Of a stretch of DNA of 64,000 nt, positions 19,183-27,624 are shown in pieces. The DNA comes from an uncultured bacterium (GTDB lineage: Bacteria; Acidobacteriota; Vicinamibacteria; Vicinamibacterales; UBA2999). The stretch spans positions 1,586 to 65,585 of the forward strand of contig CAWULT010000006.1 of NCBI GenBank assembly GCA_963923455.1. The letters are read 5' to 3'. The notes under the pieces were generated by a model. It was not told the DNA's origin. It saw only the letters and a list, made by a program, of their open reading frames with translations, and did not search any database. The position numbers and the translations under genes are program-made. Each line of letters starts with the position of its first letter. Positions within the stretch are counted from its first letter, which is position 1.

Positions 19183-22129
19183 CGACGTAGTCCTTCCGGC
19201 AGATCGTCGCGTAGGGGCAGTACCCGCAGCGCATCGGCTCGTGGGGCCGCGGCGGGAACTCGCCCCGCGCCATGCCGTCGAGCACGCCGAACAGCCGCTC
19301 GCGGGCCCCGTCGAGCGCCTCGGCCGCGCCCCTGCCGGAGGCCTCCACGATCGCCGTCTCGGCGCGCCTGGCGGCAAACGAGACGTAGCCCGCTTCGGCG
19401 ACGGTCCAGGGCGCGCCGTCGCGTTCGCTGAGCCGTTCCTGCGCGCAGAGCGCGTAGATCGGCACCTGCAGCGCGCGTGAGGCCTTTGGCGGCTGCCCCG
19501 TCTTGTAGTCGACGACGCGCAGCCGTCGCCCGGACAGCAGGTCGATCCGGTCGGCCACCCCCCTGAGCGCCACGCGGCGCCCGTCCGCCGCGCCGAGCGC
19601 GAAGTCGCCCTGAAGCTCGTATTCGAGCCACCGCTCCTGCACCGCGTCCGGCGGCCGCGACGCCTCGATGCCGAGCACGACGTCGATCACGCCCGTCGAG
19701 ATCGCCGAACCGAACAGCCGCGTCCGCTCCAGCGCGCCGTCGGCCTGCGGCAGCGCGGCCAGCAGCGGCTCGGCCACTTCGGCCGCCACGGCCCGCGCCT
19801 CGTCGATCGTGTCCACGGTGATCGGCCCGCGCCCGCGCGCATCCCATGCCGCGAGGAAGCGATGCAGCACGTCGTGCACGAAGGTGCCGTGCGCCCTCGG
19901 CGTCAACGCGGACTGGTCCTCGACGGGCTCCCCGACACCGAGCACGCGGCGCGCGAAGAACGTGAACGGGCAGTCCTGGTACTGCTCGAGCGCGCTCAGC
20001 GAGATCGGGCCAGGCTGGTACCCGGAGGTGATGCCCCGGTAGCGCGGCTCGTCGCGGCCGGGCGCGGCCACGCGCAGATTCGCCCACGTCCGGGCTGGGT
20101 CGGCCAGGGCAGTCACCTGCACGGGGTCCAGGCTCAGGGCCTCGTCGTCGAAGACCCGTCCGGCGGCGCGCGGGGCCTCCGCCGCGTCGAGCGCCGCGGA
20201 CTGGAGCACGTCGACGAGCGGCGACGTGCTGACGAGCGCGTCGGCCTCGAGCTGGAACGTCGAGACGATGAGCCGGGCCGAGGGCAGGGTCAGCAGGTCC
20301 GCGAAGGCGGCGCGGACCCCTTCGAGCCGCTCGGTCTCTGCGGGCCAGCCGAGCTCGCGGAGCACGCCTGGCGAGTAGAAGATGCTGCGCCGCGGATGGT
20401 CCGGCCACTCGCCCTCGACGAGGCCGGCCAGCTGCACGTCGTCGAAGTCGCCGAACCGCGCGCTCGCCGCGTCGACCAGGTGCACGCCGGCGTCGCCGGC
20501 CCGCGGCGCGAAGGTCTGCGACTCGATCCACCGCCGCACCAGCGCGGTCACGTGCGCGAAGTCCACCTCGACCGGGTCGAGCGCCTCGTGTGCGTCACGC
20601 AGGGCCGCGAGCGTGCCCAGGATCGCGCCGCGGGCGCGCAGCTGCCGGGTGCGCAACGGATCGTCGGGGCCCGGCAGGTGCTCGTAGCGGGCCAGGAACT
20701 CGAGCAGGCGCGCCAGGAGCGTCGCCACGGGTGCCGGCGTGCGCAGCGGCTCGAGTTCGGTCGCCAGACGCAGCAGCACGTCGCCCGCGCGCGTGGCCCT
20801 GGCCGTGCTCGCCGCGCGACGGTCGTCCACCGGCGTCGAACGCCACCGTGCGAGCAGGTGTGCCAGCTGCGAGGCCTCGCCGAGATACCCCGCCTCGGCC
20901 AGCGCGTCGTCGAGCGCCCGGATGTCGCGCGCACCGAGCGGCGTGCCGTCCGCCACGAAGCGGAAGTGCGGCGAGCGCAGCAGCGCGATCGCCGGCAGGC
21001 GGGCATACGCCGTCTCGATCACCGCGCACACGAGATCCAGCGCCGCGGCGAAGGGCTCGGCGGCCAGCGGCAGCGCGTCGAACATCTGACACGGCACGCC
21101 GGCGGCCCGGAGGACCTCGCGCGTCAGGTAGACGTAGGGCAAGGGCTGGCGGACGACGAGGGCCGCGCGCTCGAGTCCGGCCAGCTCGCCGCGCCGGACC
21201 GCTCCCTTGACGTGGCGCGCGAAGCGCGCGATCTCCTCCTCGCGGTCGCGAGCCACGTGCAACGCCTCGCCAGACGGCGTCACGAGCAGCACCGGAGCCT
21301 GGACCGGCAGGCCGTCGCCGACCCGCACCTCGTCGATGCCGGGCAGCATCTGATGGAGCTTCTCGTGATGGGCCCCGGCGAGAACCGCCTCGGTGACGAC
21401 GAGGTCGAGTCGCTCGAGGCCGGGCACGCGCGCCAGCAGGTCCCAGTCCGCGGGCGGCAGCCCGTGCGGGTCGAACGCGCGATCGCCGACGGCGACGACC
21501 AGGTGCCGGTACGGGCGCGCGGCTGGCGCCGTGATCAGGTGCCGCCGCAGATCGTGCACGTCGAGGCCGATCGCGGCGCGCGTGCGCTCGAACGCGCGGA
21601 AGGCCGCGACGAGGAACCTCGTCTGACGCACGAGCCGCTCGGCGCCGCGGTCGTCGACGGCGCCCGGCTCGAGCAGCGCCAGCGTCAGGCGCTCGAAGGT
21701 GTCGAGGTCCTTCTGGTGATCCCGCAGCGCGTCGTAGAAGCGCAGAATCTCGGCCACCAGGCCCGCGCGCAACTGGAACGGCGGCTCGACGCCCGACGCC
21801 CTGGCTTCGCGGCACGCCACGCCCAGCAGCACCTCGCGTTCGGCGTCGCTCAGCACGGGATGGTCGAGCGACAGGCGCTCGGCCATCTTCGGCACGAGTG
21901 TCGACCCGGTTGCGAATTCGGGCAGGATCGCGGCCACCGCGCCGCCGCCCGTGGCCAGACGTGCTTCGAGGCCCCGGCGCAGGTACTCCGCCGCGGCGCG
22001 GGTGGGCACCACGACGAGGCGATCGCGGGCGTCGAGCGGCGGACCGTCGCAGGCGAGATCGCGCAGGGCCGCACGGAACGCCTGGAGGTGGGGGGCACGG
22101 ACCAGGCGCGTCGTCCGAGGCGTGATCAC
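19172..22129 (-). CDS. addB: AddB-type nuclease subunit with an Fe-S (iron-staple) PD-(D/E)XK domain
   Basis: GTG 22129 overlaps the upstream TGA (GTGA), 985 aa. C-terminal VVDYKTG nuclease motif plus Cys ligands QDCP ... CGYCPYATIC. No Walker A at the N-terminus. Directly precedes addA with an 11-nt overlap. Confidence 0.75.
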   Translation of the reverse strand: MITPRTTRLVRAPHLQAFRAALRDLACDGPPLDARDRLVVVPTRAAAEYLRRGLEARLATGGGAVAAILPEFATGSTLVPKMAERLSLDHPVLSDAEREVLLGVACREARASGVEPPFQLRAGLVAEILRFYDALRDHQKDLDTFERLTLALLEPGAVDDRGAERLVRQTRFLVAAFRAFERTRAAIGLDVHDLRRHLITAPAARPYRHLVVAVGDRAFDPHGLPPADWDLLARVPGLERLDLVVTEAVLAGAHHEKLHQMLPGIDEVRVGDGLPVQAPVLLVTPSGEALHVARDREEEIARFARHVKGAVRRGELAGLERAALVVRQPLPYVYLTREVLRAAGVPCQMFDALPLAAEPFAAALDLVCAVIETAYARLPAIALLRSPHFRFVADGTPLGARDIRALDDALAEAGYLGEASQLAHLLARWRSTPVDDRRAASTARATRAGDVLLRLATELEPLRTPAPVATLLARLLEFLARYEHLPGPDDPLRTRQLRARGAILGTLAALRDAHEALDPVEVDFAHVTALVRRWIESQTFAPRAGDAGVHLVDAASARFGDFDDVQLAGLVEGEWPDHPRRSIFYSPGVLRELGWPAETERLEGVRAAFADLLTLPSARLIVSTFQLEADALVSTSPLVDVLQSAALDAAEAPRAAGRVFDDEALSLDPVQVTALADPARTWANLRVAAPGRDEPRYRGITSGYQPGPISLSALEQYQDCPFTFFARRVLGVGEPVEDQSALTPRAHGTFVHDVLHRFLAAWDARGRGPITVDTIDEARAVAAEVAEPLLAALPQADGALERTRLFGSAISTGVIDVVLGIEASRPPDAVQERWLEYELQGDFALGAADGRRVALRGVADRIDLLSGRRLRVVDYKTGQPPKASRALQVPIYALCAQERLSERDGAPWTVAEAGYVSFAARRAETAIVEASGRGAAEALDGARERLFGVLDGMARGEFPPRPHEPMRCGYCPYATICRKDYVGDE

Positions 22130-23529
22130 TGCAGCTTGGGCGGTTCGAGGAGGCCCTGGATCTCGAGCTGGACGCGGGAGATCATCATCAGCGCGCCTGC
22201 GGCGGCCGACGACGCCTCCCACGCGCGGGCGACGTTGCCGCTGGCAATCGCCTCCTGCCGTCCCTTGACGGCCGTCTCGGCGAAGCGCCACGCCCCGACC
22301 AGCAATTCGTGCGCGGCGCGCAGGTCGGACGGAATCGGCACGCGGGCGAGCCGCTCCGCGCCGCCGCTGAACTGGGTCTTCAGGGAGTTGAGCGCCGCGG
22401 GCTTCGGCCCCTCGAGGCGGCGGATCGCCTCGAGTGACGGCTGCGACTGCACCAGCTGCGTCAGCTGCGAACCCACCAGCTTCTGGTAGTCGCGGTAGAT
22501 GGCACGCCGCACCTCCCACTGGTCGCGCAGCAGCCGCAGCCGGCGGGCGTCCTCGAGGCGAGTCTCGACGGTGGCCCGCAGCGCCTGCATGGTCTCCGGA
22601 CGCTTGCGCCCGAGCCGCGCATCCTCCCGCTCGATCCGCGACAGCAGGCGCTCGACGCTGGTGATCTGCGCCCGGCTGGCGGCCTTCTTCGCCTGAACCG
22701 CCAGCGACGTCGTCAGGCGCGCGTAGCGCCGATCGGTCGACTGCTCGGTGCGGATCTGCCGCTCGATCGAGCGACGGATCGCGGTGGACTCGGCCACGCC
22801 GAGCGCGGTCGACTCGGTGGTCATCGTCAGCGCCGACTGCAGCAGCGCCAGCCGCTCGGCGGCGTTGTCGGCGAGCCCCGCCAGCGTCAGCACGTGCTGG
22901 AGCTGCTCGCGCGAGGTCGGCACGGGCAGCATCGGCTCCCGCTCCGGCATCACGACCGGCGGCGGCGCCACGAGCGACAGGTCGAAGGGGCTGGCGCCGG
23001 GCGCGGCCTTGAGGCCCACGATCGCCTCGTCGATCAGCGCGACGATCTCCCGGACGTCGTCGGCCCGGTACCCGTAGTGTTCGCGGGGCCAGTCGGCCAG
23101 GGCCCGCCGCGCCTGCTCGGCCGCCGCCAGCGCCTTGGCGCGGTCGGTGGTCAGCGCGATGTCGTTGAGCACGCGCGCCACCTCGTTGCTCAACTCCTGG
23201 AAGTCCGACTCGGCGCGGGTGGTGGCGTAGCGGTCGTAGCGGGCCGAGGCCGCGTACCGATCCGTCCGGCCCCAGTCGACCTGCGAGGCCGGCACCGAGA
23301 CGATCTGCAGGCGCGGGTCGTCGGAGGGGCCGCCGACCGGAATCGAGAAGATCACGCGGCCGTCGACGCGGGAGAACTCCCCGTAGCTCGCCACCGAGGA
23401 CCCGTCCTTCAGGAAGATCCGGAAGATGGTCGCGTCAGGCGCCGCGGCGGCGATTCCCGCACCGGCCACGACGAGCGACACGGCGAGCGCCAACCTCGAA
23501 AGCACAGGCATGAGTCGGGGACGCCACAT
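22126..23529 (-). CDS. Exported, largely alpha-helical hypothetical protein
   Basis: Internal ATG 23529 of track ORF 22126..24576, 467 aa. Signal-like MWRPRLMPVLSRLALAVSLVVAGAGIAAAAP, then a Leu/Ala/Arg/Glu-rich helical sequence. No family recognised. Confidence 0.6.
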   Translation of the reverse strand: MWRPRLMPVLSRLALAVSLVVAGAGIAAAAPDATIFRIFLKDGSSVASYGEFSRVDGRVIFSIPVGGPSDDPRLQIVSVPASQVDWGRTDRYAASARYDRYATTRAESDFQELSNEVARVLNDIALTTDRAKALAAAEQARRALADWPREHYGYRADDVREIVALIDEAIVGLKAAPGASPFDLSLVAPPPVVMPEREPMLPVPTSREQLQHVLTLAGLADNAAERLALLQSALTMTTESTALGVAESTAIRRSIERQIRTEQSTDRRYARLTTSLAVQAKKAASRAQITSVERLLSRIEREDARLGRKRPETMQALRATVETRLEDARRLRLLRDQWEVRRAIYRDYQKLVGSQLTQLVQSQPSLEAIRRLEGPKPAALNSLKTQFSGGAERLARVPIPSDLRAAHELLVGAWRFAETAVKGRQEAIASGNVARAWEASSAAAGALMMISRVQLEIQGLLEPPKLQ

Positions 23530-23602
23530 TGTATCCCCGCCGCTTCGCGCGGCGGTGTTGAAAACCTGTGGACGCACGGTGCAAATCCTGTGGAGATCCT
23601 GA

Positions 23603-23621
23603 CGACGAAAATATTTCGTCG
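23603..23621. promoter_or_regulatory. AT-rich palindrome, candidate operator in a divergent intergenic region
   Basis: CGACGAAA-ATA-TTTCGTCG (8-bp arms). Nearby direct repeats of CCTGTGGA at 23565-23572 and 23587-23594 (22-bp period). Hairpin CCGCCGC-TTCGC-GCGGCGG at 23537-23555. Confidence 0.3.
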
Positions 23622-23742
23622 ACGCGATCCGGAATACCCGGCGGCCGATCGTGGTGTGGACGTCGTCTTCGCGATCCGCTTCGCTTGATCGCTCGCGCCA
23701 CGCACGTAAGATCGTCGGCGTTCTCTGCCGACGGACACCACC

Positions 23743-23988
23743 GTGACGACGCATCACTTCGAAGAGACTATCGGCGGACGGACCTTCGAAATTGAGGTCA
23801 CTCCGGCCGGTAATCAGTGGCGGGCTCAGCTGCGGCGCCGCCCCGGCACACCAACGGCCATGATGCCGTTCTACGGCCCGACGCCCGAGGCCGCCTTGAG
23901 CCAGCTCGCGCAGTGGCTGGCGCTGGCGAACCAGCGTCGGACCGCCGCGGCTGTGGCCTCGCCGGCCACGGGTCCCCTCAGGGCCTGA
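23743..23988 (+). CDS. Hypothetical protein (81 aa)
   Basis: GTG start. Non-repetitive composition (MTTHHFEETIGGRTFEIEVTPAGNQWRAQL...). No family recognised. Confidence 0.4.
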   Translation: MTTHHFEETIGGRTFEIEVTPAGNQWRAQLRRRPGTPTAMMPFYGPTPEAALSQLAQWLALANQRRTAAAVASPATGPLRA

Positions 23989-24134
23989 CCAGCTGAGCTG
24001 GCCGGGCCGCTCCCCCGGCCCCGGCTCCTGCCGGGCGGGTGGATCGATGCCGGTCGGGGATGGCACGGCGGACGGCTCGGCCGTCGCCGCCGTCCCCGGC
24101 CTGGAACCCCCATGGGAACAGACGCGGGACCCGC

Positions 24135-24695
24135 CTATTCGGCCGGCGGGCGTGGCCCCTGGGAGGTCATCATCAGGCGGCTGACGTCGAAGCCGTTCGC
24201 GGCGGCGACGTCGAGGGCCTGACGCAGCGTGGCCTCGTCCACACGCGGGGTCCGCGCCAGCACCCACAAGTACTTGCGGTCCGGCGTGCCGACCGTCACC
24301 CACGAGTAGTCCGGCGCGAGGCCGAGCACCCAATAGTCGCCCCAGACCATCGGGAGCCACGACAGGATCGCGGGCGCGAAGCGGACCTTGAGCTTGGCCC
24401 GCGTCGTGGTATCGACGACCTTCGCGACGCCCCGCGCCTCGGTGACCGTCCCGTCCGCCCTGCGGCAGCGGTTGGTCACGTCGAGGCGGCCATCGGGCCG
24501 CGTCGCGTAGATGGCCTGCACGTCGCCGGCGCACGACTTCTGGAACCAGTTCGGATAGCGCCCGATCTCGTACCACGCGCCCAGGTACCGCTCGAGGTCC
24601 ACGCTGGCGACCGTTGCGACGGCAGCCCCGGTCGTCTGCGCCGACGGGCGGACGGCGGCCAGCCCGAGGGCCGCCACGAGGCTCACGACGACCAT
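24135..24695 (-). CDS. blc: Bacterial lipocalin (Blc-like)
   Basis: Internal ATG 24695, 186 aa. Signal-like N-terminus, lipocalin motif YLGAWYEIGRYPNWFQ and YWVLGLAPDYSWVTVG. Starts 7 nt after the photolyase stop. Confidence 0.8.
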   Translation of the reverse strand: MVVVSLVAALGLAAVRPSAQTTGAAVATVASVDLERYLGAWYEIGRYPNWFQKSCAGDVQAIYATRPDGRLDVTNRCRRADGTVTEARGVAKVVDTTTRAKLKVRFAPAILSWLPMVWGDYWVLGLAPDYSWVTVGTPDRKYLWVLARTPRVDEATLRQALDVAAANGFDVSRLMMTSQGPRPPAE

Positions 24696-24702
24696 CAACG
24701 CG

Positions 24703-26106
24703 TCAGAACGCAAGGCGATCCTCGCGCGGCCGGCGCGCACCGTCCGGCGCCCAGCGGCCAATGAAGGCGCGGGCGTCGAACTTTCGCGACGTGCTCTCGA
24801 GCGACATCCATCGGATGGTGCCGAACACGGGACGTTCGAACCAGGGCCGGTCGTGCTTGCCGCCGAGCGCCCACGCGATGTTGGCATAGCCGTTCGGGTC
24901 TCGGCCGTCGAGCTGATAACGGTCGTTGAGCGCGATCGCGGTCGCGAAGGCCTCTTCGGGCGACGCCGACCATTCCAGGATCTTCTTGGCCCAGTACATC
25001 CGCACGTACCCGTGCATCCAACCGAGCCGCGTCATCTGCGCCTGTGCGGCGTTCCACAGGGGATCGTGCGTCGCCGCGGCCTCGAACTGCGCCAGCGTGT
25101 AGAGGTGCGGGCGCGGGTCGCCCCGGTGCGCGTCGAGCGTGCGCCGCGCCCACGCCTCGCACCCGCCCAGTTCGTCGTACCGCGGGCTGAACGTGACGAA
25201 GTTGACCGCCAGCTCGCGGCGGACGATCAGCTGCTCGATCAGTGCGGCCACGGCGTCGGGCGGCGCGCCGGAGTCCCGGACGGCGAGGGCGACCTCGCGG
25301 GGACCGATGTGGCCGAAGTGCAGGTAGGGCGACAGGCGGCTCGTCCCGTCGGCCTCCGGGTGGTTGCGCGCTTCGTCGTACTCCGCGAGTGCGCCGCCGA
25401 CGAACGCGGCGAGGTGCTTCCGGGCCTCGGCCGTGCCGCCGCGCAGGCCATCGACGGGGCTCACCGCGCGGTCGATCGGCAGGCCGTCGAGCAGATCCCC
25501 GGATGCCGCGAGCGAGGCGGGGGAGGACGCGGCCCCCCACGACACGCGCGCGTGGACGTCCCTGGGGCTCACGAGAAACTCCCGGAGCCGCTCGTGGATG
25601 CGCGGACGTATCGTGCGCGCCGCGTACTGCTCCTTCCCCATCAGGCGCGACGGGACGACGACGTCGGCGTCGACCGTCCAGAACGGCACGCGCAGCGTGT
25701 CGGTCAGCGTGCGGCGCCAGGCCTCGCCCTGGCGCAGCGGGTTCTCGTCGCCGATCACGATGGCCGGGCGCACCTGCTCGAGGAACGGGCCCAGCCGGTG
25801 CTCGGGATGGCGCCGCAGCACGAGGGTGACACCTCGGCGCCGGAGCCCCTCTTCGAGACCGGGCAGGCCCTCGACCAGGAACTGGTAGTGCCGCAGGTTG
25901 GCCCGCGTGACGAACGGGTTCAGCCCGAAGAACACGGCCACGGGCTTGCCCAGCACGTTGGCCAGGTTGATGGCGACGTCGAGGGCGGGGTTGTCGACGG
26001 CGCGCTGCGCCCGCTGCATCCAGTAGACGACGCAGGTGCCGTCCGGGTCGGGCGGCCCGCCCCGCCGCACGCGCACGCGCGGATCGGCCGCGGACACCTC
26101 AAACAT
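24703..26106 (-). CDS. phr: Class II CPD photolyase (deoxyribodipyrimidine photo-lyase)
   Basis: 467 aa. VVYWMQRAQRAVDNPALDVA, LSPYLHFGHI and WNAAQAQMTRLGWMHGYVRMYWAKKILEW are typical of class II enzymes. Confidence 0.9.
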   Translation of the reverse strand: MFEVSAADPRVRVRRGGPPDPDGTCVVYWMQRAQRAVDNPALDVAINLANVLGKPVAVFFGLNPFVTRANLRHYQFLVEGLPGLEEGLRRRGVTLVLRRHPEHRLGPFLEQVRPAIVIGDENPLRQGEAWRRTLTDTLRVPFWTVDADVVVPSRLMGKEQYAARTIRPRIHERLREFLVSPRDVHARVSWGAASSPASLAASGDLLDGLPIDRAVSPVDGLRGGTAEARKHLAAFVGGALAEYDEARNHPEADGTSRLSPYLHFGHIGPREVALAVRDSGAPPDAVAALIEQLIVRRELAVNFVTFSPRYDELGGCEAWARRTLDAHRGDPRPHLYTLAQFEAAATHDPLWNAAQAQMTRLGWMHGYVRMYWAKKILEWSASPEEAFATAIALNDRYQLDGRDPNGYANIAWALGGKHDRPWFERPVFGTIRWMSLESTSRKFDARAFIGRWAPDGARRPREDRLAF

Positions 26107-27058
26107 GGTTGCGCAGCATCAGCTCTTTCGGGTGCGGCTGGAGGTACACCTGATCGAGCAGGTAGCGGACGTCGTGCCGGCGCGCGTGGTGCGCGATGAG
26201 CGTGATGGGGACGACGAGCGGCACCAGCCCTTTCTGATAGTCCTCGATGGTCTGGCCCAGCTCGCGCCGCGACTCGGCATCGACCAGCGTCTGGAAGTAG
26301 CCGGCCATGTGCTGCAGCACGTTGGCGTGCCGCCCGCGGGACGCCAGCACGGACAGCGCCGCCATGAACGACTCCGCGTAGGCGTCCATCACCTTCCGCG
26401 AGAGCCGGCCGCGCACGGACGCGACCATGCGGCCGAGTTCCGCGTACTTCGCCGGCGCGTGCGCGAGCAGCAGCAGCTTGTGCCGCGTATGGAACCGCAC
26501 CAGGTCGCCCGCGCGCGGCTCGGCGCCGAAGAACTCCCGCAGGCGCCGGTAGGCGAACACCCGCTCGATGAAGTTCTCGCGGAGCCGCGGGTCGCCCAGC
26601 CGGCCCTCTTCCTCCACGGGCAGCAGCGGCAGCGCCTCGACCAGGGCCGTCGCGAAGAGCCCGCGACCGTTCCGCTCGTTGTGCCCCGACTCGGCGTACA
26701 CCTTCACCCGGAACAGGCCGCACGACGGCGAGTCCTTCTTGAGCACGTAGCCGTCGAGATCCAGCTTCACCAGCGACGGAATCCGGTGGTCGACCGCCCG
26801 CGCGAGCTGCGCCGTCACGTCCACCTTGGTCCGCACCGTGACGAGCCGCACGTCGTCATCGACCCGCACCAGGCGCATCGCCTCGCGCGGCGTCCCGAAC
26901 CCCGCCTCGACCTCCGGGCACACCGGCACCCAGTCCACGAAGTGGGCGAAGGCGTCGTTCAGGAACGGGTCGCGTTTGTGCCCGCCGTCGAAGCGGACCT
27001 TCTCTCCGAGGAGACAGGTGGAGACGCCGATGCGGACGGCCGATGCGGAGATGGTCAT
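26099..27058 (-). CDS. YbgA-like DUF523 + DUF1722 protein
   Basis: 319 aa. N-terminal GVSTCLLGEKVRFDGGHK (DUF523/TudS-like) and a C-terminal helical DUF1722-like half. 8-nt overlap with phr. ybgA-phr linkage is known from E. coli. Confidence 0.8.
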   Translation of the reverse strand: MTISASAVRIGVSTCLLGEKVRFDGGHKRDPFLNDAFAHFVDWVPVCPEVEAGFGTPREAMRLVRVDDDVRLVTVRTKVDVTAQLARAVDHRIPSLVKLDLDGYVLKKDSPSCGLFRVKVYAESGHNERNGRGLFATALVEALPLLPVEEEGRLGDPRLRENFIERVFAYRRLREFFGAEPRAGDLVRFHTRHKLLLLAHAPAKYAELGRMVASVRGRLSRKVMDAYAESFMAALSVLASRGRHANVLQHMAGYFQTLVDAESRRELGQTIEDYQKGLVPLVVPITLIAHHARRHDVRYLLDQVYLQPHPKELMLRNHV

Positions 27059-27576
27059 GCTTCAGTGTGTACCGTTCCCAGGCGGCGCAGGCTGTCGCGC
27101 AGCGCGCGGTGCCGCTGGGCGAAGCCGACGGCCAGCAGCCGACGCACGATGGGCCCTGCCAGGCGACGCCAGAACCGCCCGCCCTTCAGTGCGTACTCGA
27201 TGTGGTCCTCCATCGCGCACGCGCCCGGCCCGACGGGCACCACCCGATGCGTGTGGCGCCACACCCGGAACGGGCCGCTGACCTGCTCGTCGCAGAACTG
27301 GACGCCCTCGACGTAGCCGTAGTGGCGCGCGTGCCATTCGATCGCGAACGGGCCGACGCCCATCCGAAAACGCAGGCGTCCCCCGTCCCGGATGCCGCCG
27401 TCCCGCTCCAGCAGCGTCACCAGGCGGCGAGACGGCGCAAGCTCCAGGAAGGCGTCGGGCCGCTCGTGCCACGCGAACACCTCTCGCGCCGGGGCCGGCA
27501 CGATGGACCGCCACTCGAACGTCGCGACCTCGTCGGCCACCCCGTCGATGGAGTGAGCCAGTGCCTTTGCTGCCAT
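27055..27576 (-). CDS. SRPBCC (START/Bet v1-like) superfamily protein
   Basis: 173 aa. 4-nt overlap with the ybgA-like gene. Composition and length fit the SRPBCC fold (recall-based). Confidence 0.6.
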   Translation of the reverse strand: MAAKALAHSIDGVADEVATFEWRSIVPAPAREVFAWHERPDAFLELAPSRRLVTLLERDGGIRDGGRLRFRMGVGPFAIEWHARHYGYVEGVQFCDEQVSGPFRVWRHTHRVVPVGPGACAMEDHIEYALKGGRFWRRLAGPIVRRLLAVGFAQRHRALRDSLRRLGTVHTEA

Positions 27577-27582
27577 GCGTCA

Positions 27583-27610
27583 ATTGTCGAGCAAAGAATT
27601 GTGCTTTCAA
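27583..27610 (-). promoter_or_regulatory. Candidate promoter of the photolyase operon (possibly leaderless)
   Basis: The minus strand reads TTGAAA-16 nt-GACAAT-TGACGC-ATG, so the -10 ends 7 nt before ATG 27576. It sits in a conspicuously AT-rich 50-bp spacer with AATTGT repeated at 27582-27587 and 27597-27602. Confidence 0.4.
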
Positions 27611-27624
27611 GTTAAATATTCGCA

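Noticed and set aside
19862-22489. Very long antisense or off-frame ORFs: 875 aa opposite addB; also 10281..11915, 6498..8303, 30522..33758, 52117..53958, 55399..57399 and 57876..60224
   Set aside because: This is the typical shadow-ORF artefact of about 70% GC DNA. The products are dominated by R/A/G/P/V/D/H/E runs with no recognisable motifs. The opposite strand or another frame encodes unmistakable AddB, M16, TonB receptor, IleS, Lgt/RluD and Lon sequences.
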